Positions 36,914-50,401 of a DNA stretch of 64,000 bases are shown piece after piece; position 1 is the stretch's first letter; each line of letters opens with the position of its first letter. Below the pieces are notes generated by a model. It saw only the letters and a list, made by a program, of their open reading frames with translations. It had not been told where the DNA came from and made no database searches. The stretch covers positions 2,356,001 to 2,420,000 of the forward strand of contig NEEC01000014.1 in the NCBI GenBank assembly GCA_002189035.1, in the 5' to 3' direction. The position numbers were made by a program, and so were the translations under genes. The stretch comes from Utricularia gibba. Lineage: Eukaryota; Plantae; Magnoliophyta.

Positions 36914-37672
36914 ATGATTACAGCGCTCCTCTTTGCTTCTCTGCTTCTTTCATTGCAATGCCACGGCATTTCTCAGACAATTGAAGCGCCTTCTCCCGCG
37001 CCTGCCCACGTGGTCAGTGACCCTCCGTCGCAGGCGCCGATCTCTGCAGGCACCCACTCTCCGTCACCGGCGAAGTCCCCATTGCACGTTTATTCTCCGG
37101 CGCCATCTCCGTCGGCGTCTTCGCCGCACTCTCCGACCCCGCATTCCCCAACGGCGTCTCCCATATCTCCGGCGGCGACGCCGGCGCAGACTCCGTCTGC
37201 AGTAGTGCTTTCTCCGGCGGCGACTCCGGCGCACACGCCTTTTGTCAATGTGCCTTCACCGTCTGCGTCGCCAGTGCAGGCTCCCTCGGTCGATATACCT
37301 TCTCCGGCAGCCTCGCCGGTGCAGTCTCCGTCGGTTGATGCGCCTTCTACGGCGCCGTCTGCTTCTGACACTGCACCATCTCCGTCAGATCTATCTCCGC
37401 TGCAGGCACCAGCAAGCGCCCCCATCCCGGATGACTTTATTCCGGCGGTGCCGCCGGCAAGCGATGTTGCTCCACCATCTTTAGATGTTCCGTCCAGTAG
37501 CGCGACGCCGGGAATTTTCCCCGCCCCGTCGGTGAGTTCCGCGCCTGTGGGATCCACGCAGGAACGCGCAGCGGCACCGGTGGCCGACGAGACGTCGGAT
37601 TCGAATAGTGTGGGCATCCGCGCTCCGGCGCTCGTCGCCGGGATTACATTTGTGGCGGCGTTGGTCTTCTGA
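36914..37672 (+). CDS. Classical arabinogalactan protein-like, Pro/Ala/Ser/Thr-rich, predicted GPI-anchored
   Basis: Single exon with an N-terminal signal peptide, dense SP/AP/TP dipeptides, internal repeats (SPAATPA; SP.ASPVQ.PSVD.P), and an omega-like SNS followed by a hydrophobic C-terminus. Confidence 0.9.
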   Translation: MITALLFASLLLSLQCHGISQTIEAPSPAPAHVVSDPPSQAPISAGTHSPSPAKSPLHVYSPAPSPSASSPHSPTPHSPTASPISPAATPAQTPSAVVLSPAATPAHTPFVNVPSPSASPVQAPSVDIPSPAASPVQSPSVDAPSTAPSASDTAPSPSDLSPLQAPASAPIPDDFIPAVPPASDVAPPSLDVPSSSATPGIFPAPSVSSAPVGSTQERAAAPVADETSDSNSVGIRAPALVAGITFVAALVF

Positions 37673-38168
37673 ATAATTTAGTGGGGGCAGTTTCTATTTT
37701 CATATTATTATTCTTTTGTCCTCATCGATGTGGAAATTAGAATACGGTACCCGATATAAGGAATTTACAATTGTGCCCCTATCGGGCCCCTACTACTGCA
37801 TTCCATGGGCCCCGCAGGCCTCCAAAATGTGCGCCATTGAACCTGGACACAAAAAAAAATATCTAAATGATGCTCTACCTAAGACTATATTCCTTCGGCC
37901 CGACCCGGCCCAACACTACCCTTGAACATCCATCGATCGACTCGGTAATTAAAAACAAATATTAAATAAATAAGTCTTAATCAAAATAAAAGTCTATGTT
38001 TATTAAAATAAAAAAGTGTTTAAATAGTACGCGTATCTCAATAAATAATTATTTTTTTCTTTCGAGCTAATGAAAATTCATTTTAATTAATTATTAGTTA
38101 TTACAAATATTTATATATTTTTTTTAAAAAAGAGTTGGGAATTGTAAAAATATTACAGAAACAATTTA

Positions 38169-38757
38169 GGGTTCGTTTGATAGTATGTTTTAGTTTACAT
38201 GGTTTTAAATATAATAGACTTATTTTATACTAGAATAAGTGATTTAAAAACATCAACGTTGTTTAATATAAATTTTTAAATAACATATTATTATTTAACA
38301 TGTGTTTGGTTGGAAGTTTTATAATTTGATTTATATATGATTTTACTAAAATGCCCATAGGACAATGAACATTGTTTTCCATTGATGATCTTGATGTTTT
38401 CTTTCCTTTTATTGACTCCATCTTGTGACATCAGATTTTCGAACTGCTTAGCTATACACAAAAAAAATATGAGGCCAATAAAAGAACAAATCCTAATTTA
38501 TTGATAAAAAAGAAACAAATATAATTATTAGAGTAAAAACTTTTTTGTAAAATAAAAGGGTATTATTGTCTTTTATTATCATGGAATTGATAAATTCATG
38601 TGATAGATGAGTTTGTGTTTCACTATAGATAATGTGTTAAATAAAAAATTTGTTAGAATATGTAATCCATAGTGTTATATAACACTGTGCACCAAACTAA
38701 TGATTATGATTTGTTATTTAGCACAATACCATTTAACATCTTCTATAAAACGAGTCC
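38169..38757. mobile_element. PIF/Harbinger (Tourist-like) MITE, 589 bp
   Basis: Terminal inverted repeats gggttcgtttgatag / ctataaaacgagtcc (12 of 15 match) flanked by TTA on both sides (38166-38168 and 38758-38760). AT-rich non-coding interior. Confidence 0.7.
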
Positions 38758-38895
38758 TTAGTGATTTCTAGGCAAATGGTATTTTTAAAGTTTATTTTAT
38801 TAAAAAATTTCTAAAAAAATATTTTCATAGTGTCAAATAATGTTGTGTCTTCAACCCTGCCCTAGTTCTAGGTATCAAAAGAGGTCAATTAAAAC

Positions 38896-39305
38896 AATTT
38901 GAAACATGATCATCTATCTTCTCCCAAATTTGAGAGATGACCATCCTGAAAAAATCATTTGCAAAATGACCATCTTCATTAATTATTAGATTTTAGATCA
39001 ACATAAAATATATACCATTTAATTATGTAATTGTTACATTATTCCTCCGATTATGTGATTAATCGAAATATTACAAATTCAACTTTTATGATGGTAACAA
39101 TTATAAAAATTAAATGACGTAAATTAGATATCTTATAATATTTAAAACAATATTTTGATGTTAAACAAAAATAATAATAAAATTATAGTTAATTTTGAAA
39201 ATGTTCATTTAAAATAAATGACTGATCATTTTGTAAATGATTTTTTTGAGGATGGTCATATCTCAAATTTGAGAGGAGATAGATGGGTATGTTTCAAATT
39301 AACCC
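38896..39305. mobile_element. Mutator-like MITE with long TIRs
   Basis: About 77-bp inverted repeats: 38896-38971 (aatttgaaacatgatccatctatc...caaaatgacc) versus 39224-39300. The right end is aaattaaccc. The possible TSD (tatcaaaa / tatcaacaa) is degenerate. Confidence 0.8.
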
Positions 39306-39556
39306 TATCAACAAGTGCCCCAATTTGGATGCTTTCAGTGATGCTTATGAGAATCTTATGAGAAACCGGGGAATCGGATTAAACGTCCCTGAGTTTTGAT
39401 TCAAAGATTGTGTTTTGGAAGCTGAAAGAAGAAGTGGGTTTTGGTTTGGAAGATGCTTTTAGATTGTGTCGTCACCCTTTGGTTGTAAATGAGAGACGGC
39501 TGTGCAGACTGAGGGGATGTTTTGAGCCTGAAAGCGTGAAAGAGGTTCACTTGCAT

Positions 39557-42498
39557 ATGATGTGGAGAACGGCGGCCGTGTCGTCTCTGTACATTCCAGT
39601 GAGACTTCTCTTACCCCACCGCACAGCATCTTTGGTTGCGCTTCCACGCTGTCGTTCTGTCTCCTCTTCCATTGCGCGCAATTTTTCATCGGTCGCACAG
39701 ACGGAATTCGAATCTTCTTCATCGTCGTCTTCGCTTTCTACATCAGTTTTCCCTGCCTGTACGACGATTGATAGGTCCTACTTCCAGTGCTGCTACCCAG
39801 AAAGGAAGCCTCTCAAAGTTGCGGTGCTTCTCAGCGGCGGAGTTGATAGCAGTGTCGCCCTCCGCCTGCTGCACGCGGCCGGTCATTCTTGCACCGCGTT
39901 CTACCTCAAAATATGGTTCCAAGTACGTTGTTACTCGTAGTCAAGTTTGTGAAAAAGAGGGATTTATGACTTGATGGTGATGGGTTTGACGTATAGGAAG
40001 GCTTTGAGAACTTCTGGAATGAGTGTCCATGGGAGGAAGATTTGGGTTTTGCGAAAGCTGTTTGTTCACAGGTTAATATCATTCCTACATTGCTTCGGTT
40101 CTTTTGATTGGTAAAACACTCTTCTTTTATGAATTTTTCAAACCAGCATTCATTGAGTTTCGCTTTTTGGAAGCTCACCCTGATCTAGCAAGTATCCTTT
40201 GGAGCACCCGCATGTTGGTGCTGTTAAAATAGTGATCGTAAGTTTCGAAGGATAAGGGAAAAGATCTTGCTAAAACTTCATATATTCCGTAGGTTGATGT
40301 GCCTTTGGAAGTCGTTCATTTGACTGATGAGTACTGGAATGAAGTGGTAAGTCTAAATTCAAACGAATAATCACTCGAGTTGTTGAAATGTTCCTTTTTT
40401 GTCTTAAACCCGCCTCTTAAAGACAATGTCTTCTCCTAAATGACTAAAAACATGAAGGGGGTAAATGTGACAAGCATATGTGAATATCAGGTTTCATATA
40501 TTATTGATGAGTACCGCTGTGGGCGGACACCAAATCCTGATGTTCTTTGCAATACAAGGATAAAATTTGGTAGGTTAATTCCTCTTACTGTGTTTTTGTC
40601 ATAAATTCCGTGCCTGTTTCATTTTTTTCATTGATTCTTTTTTTTTGTGTGATTAGGTGTGTTTTTAGATGCAATCAGAAGCATGGAATTTGACTACATT
40701 GCATCTGGGCACTACGCGCGAGTTGTGCACTCAAATACTAGCAGTAATGATGAACTTTCTACCCTTTTTTTGTCTAAAGATATGGTACTTCGCATAGTCA
40801 AACAAACCTCTTTCATGATGAAATATTTTCTGAAGTCTCATTTTCAGTATTGCTATGATGTAGGTTAAGGATCAAACATACTTTCTTTCGCATCTTTCAC
40901 AATCACAGCTTAGAAGACTTGTGTTTCCTCTTGGATGCATTCAAAAGGTCCGGCTCAACTTTCTAAATGGAAGTACTGAGTTTTCGTAATTTGTCAACTA
41001 AATTCAGTTTACATACACAGGAAGAAGTTCGCAAACTTGCCCAGATGTTCAATTTACCAAACCAAGATAGAAAAGACTCACAAGGCATATGCTTTCTTGG
41101 AAAGGTATGCTTGAAATGAATTACAAATCGTGGGTGATTGATGGCAATGTATGAGTATTTTTTTATTCATTCAACTTTTTTCCTGGGGTCAATAGGACTC
41201 TTGATTCTTGTTTTCTCCTTTTGATATCCACCTAAGCATTTTAAGGGATAAATTCTATCCTGCATTCAAGTTGTCTAACTCGTGAAGTTTACTTGGTTGA
41301 ACTGCAGTTTTAACAGGACGTTCTTATTTTCTTCAATGATTCGATTAAAAATTTTGGTTTCAGATAAAATTCAGTGAATTCATTGCGAGGAACATTGGAG
41401 AGGAGCATGGTGTAATTTTAGAAGCCGAGACAGGAGACTTCCTTGGGAAACATAGAGGCTTTTGGTTCTATACAATTGGCCAGCGGCAGGGACTTGGTCT
41501 TCCTGGTGGTCCTTGGTATGAATCTTTCATCAGTTTTCTATAGTGCGTTCTATTTATTGGATACAGAGGATACTCAGCAGACATGCCTTTATTTTCCTTT
41601 GTCGTTTCTAGGTATGTAGTGGAGAAGGATGTGGAAAATAATGTTGTCTTTGTGTCAAGGAACTATTTTTCTGTTGACAAGAGGAGGCGCATATTCCATG
41701 TTGGATCATTACGATGGTTCACTGGTTCCTCTCCACAGCAAGTCTCTGGGCTCCAATGCAAGGTAAGTTAAAGATTGCATTTGCGGGTAGAATTTTTATC
41801 CCCTCTCAATAAGAAGCCATCCTGTCAAGAGCTATCCACTTCATGCTCGTGACTTATTTTGCCTCCTTTGTTCATGAAAGTAAATGAACTGGAAGGGTAC
41901 AGGTTTTTGGAAGTATCATTCCTTAAATCTCCAAGTAGAAGTTGATGTAGGGCTTCCGATGTTTGAAAATGCTAGTACTCTTGTGTGTGTTTTGCTCATT
42001 ACTGGGATGAGCTCTGATCATTAAAAGCAAAGCGAACTAGAAAAGGATGTTTGCGAAATATTAGTGCTTACTGCTGGTTCCATGCTTTCAAAACCCGGAT
42101 TTTCTTATTCATGAGGATTTAAAAGTTTAGGCCACATGGAGCATTGAAATATGTTTCTTATCCACACAACATGAAAGATCTCTATTTTCTGTGCATACTC
42201 AGTAGTGCTATGTTCTCAACATCTTCAGGTTCGCCATGGCCCTGGTTTTTACACCTGTGACCTGAAAATGGTAAACAACGAGAAGGCAGTTGTTAGCCTG
42301 GACGAAGATGATCAGGGTCTGGCTGCTGGGCAGTTTGTAGCATTCTACCAGGACTCAACCTGCCTGGGGTCTGGTGTGATAGTGGATTCACGGGACCACC
42401 AAGGGCCAGGGCACCACATTTGCGAGAGGGCTCTTCAGATCGCCAAGTGTGTTGATAAATCCAACATTGGGGAGCCTGTTAAAATTAAAAATTTGTAA
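39557..42498 (+). CDS. mnmA: tRNA-specific 2-thiouridylase MnmA (organellar)
   Basis: Transit-like N-terminus; PP-loop SGGVDS; TPNPDVLCN; ASGHYA; KDQTYFL; DSQGICF; [10 protein letters not shown]; GQFVAFY. Ten exons. Confidence 0.96.
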
Positions 42499-42829
42499 CA
42501 GAGTGCCTGATTGTGAATGAAAAAAAAAAACTGTATCAATATTAGCGAATAAATTATATTCCTAGAAATTTTCACTTCATCATATCTCACAAATGATTTT
42601 TTTTTCCTATATTAAAGTTGGTTTTTTATCTAAAAAATGATTATTTTTCAAAATATCGAAAAAAAAGGTAAAAAATTGGTCGATATGTTGTATGTAGTAC
42701 AGTGTACTAGGTCTGTTGTAGTAGAAAAACGCCCGCGCACCTGATCCGGATGTGGAAAGCGAGACCAGCCCTCCGCCGGAGCTTTATCTCATTCCTGAGA
42801 AGCTTCGATTAGGGACCCAAATGCGGTGA

Positions 42830-45800
42830 ATGGTTATGTATTCTTATCTGGTATCGCCTCTTCAAGTCCCTTTTTGGTTCTCCTCCCCCGTTCATCACCG
42901 CGCACGATGCAAATTCCGTCCCCATGGAATCACCTTTACCCGCTATCCTGCTTCCTGCATAGAATCCTTCTGTGCACTGCGAGTACACAGAGGGCGGCCA
43001 CTGCTTCCAGCTGTGACATGTGCTTTGTCGGGTGATGAGATCAAATCTTCTGGTCGCAGGATAGTAGTCGACCCTGGAAGTTGCCATGAGGAAAAGAGTG
43101 CATTTTCTATAGCTAAGCCGGTTGTTTATGCATTTTTGTGTGTTGTTATTGGAGCTTTCTGTCCTTTTCTGGGGCTTAGGAAAACTGCATTGGCTGCTGT
43201 TTCTACTGTCTACAATGGGGAAGATTTGCGCGGTAGAGAGCACGGAAGGAGTCATGAATACTCGCATTATACGAATAGGTTACTGGAGGTGGTGTCACGG
43301 CTACTTAATACGATTGAAGAGGCGAAAAAAGAGCAGGCGGAGGATTTTGCAGAAAGGGTAAAGGAGGGGCTAAAAGAGGTGAAGGAGAAGAATAGAGCAC
43401 TGGAAAAAGAGATTATGAGTAACCTTTATGCTGAACTCAGACTTTTGAAGGACAAAAAACGTGAACTTCTGGAAGTCTCAGACGGCTTAGTCGACAAATT
43501 GTTTAAAGCGAAGCAGGAGGAAAAGATTTTAATGCAGGAACCAAAGGGCGCCGAAGATAAAATTTCGTTGTTGAAGCAGGAGAGGAAAACACTGGAGAAA
43601 GAGAGTAATCATGTGTGGGAAAGGATCACGGAGGTGGAAGATTTGATTGCAAAGAAAGAAACTCTAGCTCTGGTTGTTGGTGTGAGGGAGCTTTCATATA
43701 TTGAGAAAGAATGTGAGGTTTTGGTTGATAGCTTCTTGAAGGACATGAGGACAAAGGTTCTGAGGTAACGGGAAAATACATTACTTTACTCAAGTTGCTA
43801 GAATAACTTTTGGCACATGAAATGTAGTCGTTGTTTATTTTGTTCGTAGATTCAACTATTAATCCATGAAATTCGTCGCAATGCAGTCTTTTTTGTCAAC
43901 TGTGGTTTTGCTAGGATCATATCCAACGTTGCAGCTTATTCTGCTTTTGTTCTTATTAGCTCACAGTTCCTCAGGGGCCCTAGGTACTAAGCTCTCTAAA
44001 ACTGAGCTTCAGAAGGAACTCCAGGATGCTCGTAGAAGGTTCCAGGAACAAATAGCTTTATCTACTGTTTTTCCAAGTAATGATGTTGAATATCTTCCCG
44101 GTCAACAATCAGATCTGTTTAGTCATAGGATACATCAAGCAATTGTTAATTCTAGAGATATGCAAAATGAACTTGAGGCTCAAATCAGAAAGGCTATGAA
44201 AAAATATGGGGAAGAAAGGCGTTTTGTTGCAGTCACGCCCCCAGAGGATGTTGTGAAAGGTTATCCAGATTTTGATCTGAAATGGATGTTTGGAGGTAAG
44301 GAGGTTCCAGTCACAAAGGCCGCAAAGTTGCATTTGTTTCATGGTTGGAAGAAGTGGCGAGAAGATTTCAAGAGCAACTTTAAAAAAAGTTTGCTTAAAG
44401 ATCCTGAGTTGGGAAAAAAGTATGTAGCCGAGAGACAGGTACTTGTTTTTTTTTCCTCTCTCTCTTTATATCACCTGGGCTCTTATCCCAACCTGTATAC
44501 TTAAAAATTCATTGCCAAAGGATGATAGAGTCCTCATCACAGGGCTAGAATCATGTGCATTTTTTTCTTCCTTCGTTGATTTCTGAATCTGAAGGACATG
44601 ACATTCGAGAATGAAGCTTAGTAGTTATTGCATATTTTCTTGTGAATTGAATGATGCCTTAATCAGGAACGCATACTTCGTGATCGGGATAGAGTATTAT
44701 CAAGGGCTTGGTACAATGAGCTAAAGGGTCGGTGGGAACTGGATCCAATAACTCTTCCTTACGCTATCACCAGGAAACTTGTAGAAGGTGCTCGAATAAG
44801 GCATGATTGGGCAGCCATGTACATTACCTTCAAGGGAGGTGACAAGGAATATTATGTGGACATTAAAGTATGTTCTTTTATTGCCCTTGCTTTTCATTAG
44901 ATGTGTTGATTGTCTGGTACTTGTGTTTGACACACTCAATTATTATATTATGTGCATTGCAGGAGCTAGAGATGATGTATGAAGAATTTGGAGGTTTTGA
45001 TTCTTTGTACTTGAGGATGATTGCAGCGGATGTCCCAGTTGCAGTTCAACTTATGTGGATTCCATTATCAGAACTAAATCTCAGCCAGCAGTTTCTACTT
45101 TTATGGAAATTGTCTTGTCAATTTATGGATGGGCTGTGGAGGAGTCACATTGTTTCTTATGCTAAAAATTGGGTTACAACAAAGATCAGAAATACTAATG
45201 ATGACATAATGATGATCATTGTATTCCCCGTTGTGGAGTTTATTATTCCTTATGAGGTAACTTGATATAACCTGAATGCTGATCACAAAAACAAAAACAA
45301 AAAAAACTTGATATAGCCTGATTGCTTGGTGGAATTTTGAAGATCACTGTTCTTAGTTGTCATTTTTCTAGTTCTTACGTTTACCGAGCCCATATTTTTA
45401 TATTTCTTTACTTATAGTATTATTTTGCCTTATAGATAAGGTTGCAATTGGGAATGGCTTGGCCAGAGTACTCTGATGTTTCTGTGTCCTCCACTTGGTA
45501 TTTAAAGTGGCAATCTGAAGCTGAAATGAGCCTTAAGTCTCGAAAGAGAGATGGAATGCTTTGGTACTTTTGGTTTTTTGTTAGAGTCTCCATCTATTGG
45601 TACGTGGTGTTTAATGTCTTGCGGTTCCTGAGGAGGAAGGTCCCAAGGTTTCTTGGATATGGCCCTTTTATCAAAGATCCCAATTTAAGGAAGCTACGTA
45701 GAGTGGTAAATCTTGATCTAAGCATCACATTTTATGTCCACAACACATACGAATAATTGTGTTCATGATTTTGCACATTGCATAGGGTGACGTTATATTT

Positions 45801-48800
45801 GGATGTTAATGCTATGTGTCTTTGCAGAAATCATATATTCTGTATAAAAGGAGAAAAATAAGCCACAAGAGAAAGGCTGGGGTTGATCCAATAAGCACTG
45901 CTTTTGATAACATGAAGGTTACTGACCATTATTTCAGTTCATTTTTTCTGATTTCTTTGTCATGTGTCTAAACTTTTTTTGGGGAACCAAAACTAGAGAG
46001 TGAAAAATCCCCCAATTCGGTTGAAAGATTTTGCAAGTGTTGAATCCATGAGGGAAGAAATCAATGAGGTGGTGGCATTTCTCCAAAATCCTGATGCATT
46101 TAAAGAAATGGGAGCTCGTGCACCACGGGTATGTTTATGATCATACTTTAGGTCAACTGGGAAATCCCTTGATTCCACTGTTAGCTATGTAAATGTGAGA
46201 GAAGAAATTAATGAGCTATGTCATATGTGTGAATTATCAAATTTCCACTTTATTGTGGAAATTACCATCCTGTATAAGTTCCAGTTTACTAAATTAGCGA
46301 ATAAATACCAAGCATCTAGAAGGTAGGCTATCCTGAAACGCAGAAGTCATTTTCAAAGTGTTTTCTTCTGTAAAGTGAATTATCGAAGCGTTAAACTACT
46401 TATTTAACTAGATGTTCTTTTATCATCATGACTAGTCATATTAGCAATTGTCAGTGCTCCGATCCTCATACTTGTACTTGTAGGGCGTGCTTATTGTTGG
46501 TGAAAGAGGAACAGGCAAAACTTCCCTAGCACTAGCTATTGCTTCAGAAGCAAAAGTTCCTGTGGTTGAAATTAAAGCACAGCAGCTGGAACCTGGTCTA
46601 TGGGTGGGACAAAGTGCATCAAATGTTCGAGAATTGTTTCAAACAGCACGTGATCTGGTTGTTTTTTTATTTTTTTTATTTAACCTTTTTATCTATAATG
46701 AATATTCCCAGTATCGGTATATATGCAGAAAATTTTTTTCCACTGAACTATAGCATGATTTTATTTGACTCATTCCCTAGTTTGTTTTCCTTTTCTGAAC
46801 ATTGCAGAATGAGATTCTGAACCGAACTGATCTGTTTCTTCATCAACTTGTATTGTAGGCTCCTGTCATTATTTTGGTGGAAGATTTTGACCTTTTTGCT
46901 GGAGTCCGTGGCAAGTTTATTCACACCAAAAAACAGGATCATGAAGCTTTCATCAATCAACTTCTAGTGGAACTTGATGGGTAAATCCTTTGTTGTTACT
47001 TGCGTATTTGAACTTTATGCCCTATCTTCAGGCCGAATTAATATGATGAGTCATGTTGTGGGGTCCTACTTCATTTATTTGATTTCCCATGTTAGTTTTC
47101 AGTATGCTTGCTATTTATATCATCCTGAGAAGAGTTCTAATAATGGCCTTATTTTCTTATTCTTCCTGTTCTCTTGTTACATGCTTGTTGAATTGTTGTA
47201 ACTCTATGTTATTTCTAGGTTTGAGAAACAAGATGGGGTGGTCTTAATGGCTACTACAAGAAATCTCAAGCAAATTGATGAAGCCTTGCAGCGTCCAGGC
47301 AGAATGGATAGGATATTTCATCTTCAAAGGCCAACTCAAGCAGAGAGAGAAAAAATTCTGCGTCTGGCTGCTGATGAAACAATGGACGAAGAGCTAATTA
47401 ACTTCGTCGATTGGAGAAAGGTACTTACAATTTTATTATTTTGCACATGCCACCTAGCTATGCACATAGAGAGCCTTAATGATGGAAACCTATGACCCAT
47501 TTTCTTCACCTTGTCTATCCTGAACTTTTTCATTTACCATTCAACTTTTCATAATTCTATTCTGTGGTTGTTCATATAGCTTCTGAGACTTTGACACTCT
47601 CAGTTTAAGGGTTCAAGTTGTATAAATTGGGGGTAATCAGCATACCCAACAAGTGAAAACCATCCAATTGCAGAATGATTGAATTATGCATTTCTCAAAT
47701 CTTAGTGTCATACTTGCTGTTGAGAAATGATGTTTAGCAACCTACACATCCAGGTTTAGGTTATTCTTCCTAGTCGAAACTAGTGGATTTTGACTGCTGT
47801 TACAGTAATCTTTTGATTGCCAAAATTTGCAGGTTTCTGAGAAAACCGCTCTTCTTCGTCCAGTGGAATTACGGCTTGTTCCCTTATCATTGGAAGGCTC
47901 AGCCTTCAGGTCAAAGATTGTGGATGCTGACGAACTTATGAGCTACTGCAGTTGGTTTGCTGTAAGAACTTACTTTCAGCACATTACCATCATCATAAGT
48001 CCATTCTGTTTGAAAGAGCATCATGTATACTGATGTGGAAAGTATCCACAGAATTGGTGATATTTCATTTTTATTTGTTTCTTAAAAATAAGCATCTGAT
48101 ATGAAACATCCAAATCCTGGAGTATTTGAAGCATTTGTTTCGTGAATATCTGAAATATCACTTCCTATTGTTATTCATTTGGTTCATGCAGACGCTCCGT
48201 GATAAAATCCCAGAATGGTTGAGAAGGAGAAAAATCACAAAAAAATTATCCAAGATGCTGATAAATCATCTTGGTTTGACACTGTCAAAGGAGGATATAC
48301 AGCAAGTTGTTGACCTGATGGAACCATACGGTCAAATAAGCAATGGGCTGGAGTATTTCAGTCCTCCATATGATGTAAGATAAGTTATTTTGTCGAGCAT
48401 TTATTTTGAATTTCATTCTATCATTCTCCTATATCTTTTCATGTCATGTACTCCGTATTTTTCTAATCTTATATTCATAGTGGTCTCGAGAATCCAAGTT
48501 TCCACATGCTGTCTGGGCTGCTGGTCGAGGTCTGATCGCACTTCTGTTACCGAACTTTGATGTTGTTGAAAATTTATGGCTAGAACCTTCTTCTTGGGAG
48601 GTACGCTGTGTGGGTTATAATAAGATTTAATGTACTTATCTCGACTATATTATTCGTCGTACCTTTGACTAACACTACTGCGTCGCTGCTTTTAGCTATA
48701 TCCTCCACTGTTATGTTTTCTGTAAAGTGCTGCTCATAAGAAATTCGCACTGCCTTTTGGTTGGCTTCTTTTGATTCCAGGGGATTGGTTGCACAAAAAT

Positions 48801-49897
48801 TACTAAGGCCAGGGATGATGATTCATTGATTGGCAATGTTGAGACAAGAGCATATCTTGAGAAAAAACTTGTTTTTTGCTTTGGCTCTTATGTTGCCTCG
48901 CAAATGCTTCTCCCGTTCGGGGAAGAAAATCTTCTGTCTACCACAGAGTTGAAGGAGGCACAGGAGGTCAGATGCACTTTTTCCTAAGAATGGGCAAGAT
49001 TGGAAAATCATGCTGATGTTTGTTTCATTTGTTCAGATAGCAACTCGGATGGTTACTCAATATGGATGGGGTCCTGAAGATAGTCCAACCATTTACCACT
49101 ATGGAAATGCGGTATGATCATTAGGAAAGGCCTGACCTTTTCATTTTTAAAAAGAACACATTTTCTTCAGACTTGATCCCAAACCAAGATACCAAGTTTC
49201 TTAACATGCCTAGATCGTGCTCCCTTCTTTTCTTGATGGATTGTCATCATTCGAAAGTGGTGCATTTTTTTTTTTTTACTGAATATACGTTTCTTCTTCC
49301 TTTGCTTTCTCCTTCAGAATACACTTCCCACGATTTCATTGCCTGTACACCCTAATGTGGATTATCACTTGCACAGGAAACGTATATGAGTATGGGAGAC
49401 AAATTTGAGTACGAGATGGCTGCCAAAGTTGAAAAGGTATGTACTCTTCCGTTCCAGGGACACACTGTCTAATTTTTGAAATCCATAGTCGGCCTTGATG
49501 ATAAGCTGCATTCCTGCAGATTTATAGCACAGCATTCGACAAAGCAAAATCTCTTCTTCACCGAAATCGACCGGTCCTCGAAAAGATTGTGGAGGAGCTG
49601 CTGTTGCATGAGATCTTGACTGGAAATGTATGTACAGGCCTACATACCAGTAGCTGTAGACTTCCTTAACTGTCTTCATTCCCTTCATCCCCTGTTTCTG
49701 ATGGCAGGATTTGGAAAGAATAGCCATTGAAAATAATGCTCTCCGAGAAAAGGAACCCTTCTTCTTGGGTACCAGCAACAGTGATCAGGTACAATTCTGA
49801 AGAAACAAACACCCGCCCCTTCGCTTTCAGAAAATTGAGAATGTCATTTTGTTAGCAGCAAAGCAGCTCCCCTGCCCTTCTGGTTGCGGCCAAGTAG
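42830..49897 (+). CDS. FTSHI5: Inactive FtsH-like AAA ATPase FtsHi5, chloroplast; last exon uncertain (stop at 49800 if the last intron is retained)
   Basis: Long coiled-coil N-terminus; VKNPPIRLKDFASVESMREEINEVV; Walker A GERGTGKT; degenerate Walker B ILVEDFD; ALQRPGRMDR; FPHAVWAAG in place of HEXXH. Confidence 0.92.
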
Positions 49898-50401
49898 GAG
49901 AGGAGACCCTCCAGCCAGGGAAAGGCGTGTTCATGTTTTGTAAAGTGAGGCTCTTCTTGTTATATATGGCACTGGTAGAGGCTTCCATTGAGCCGGATGG
50001 AGAAGGACACGTTTGGTTTAGAATAATATTTTTGGTCGCAATTAAATATATATTATATTAAATTGTAATACTGGTAAATAAATTCATTATTAATATATTT
50101 ATACTAAATATATTGGTTTTTAAATAAAAAAAAGGAGATAAACTTTTTTAAGCTTAAGAGAAAAATAATCTATTGATTTAGTCGAGGATTGGGTTTTCCG
50201 ACGAGGGGGGTATTAGAAAAGGAGCCCTAACGAGCAGGCAGCTTTCGCGTCTCCCGTGGCTGCGCTTCTACTCCGGCCAGGTGTACATCTCTCTCCTCGG
50301 TGCTAATGCTGCTGCTAGGATTCTTCATTCGTAATACTGATTTTGTTTGTTTGATTGTGTCTGCTGAAGCTCTTCTTTTTTATTCGAAGGTTGAATCTAG
50401 G

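Noticed and set aside
37090-37617. 175-aa antisense ORF over the AGP
   Set aside because: It is the expected by-product of GC-rich Pro/Ala/Ser codons lacking antisense stops.
48504-48518. Missing HEXXH zinc motif in the FtsH-like protein
   Set aside because: This is the defining, known property of FtsHi proteins and not pseudogenisation.
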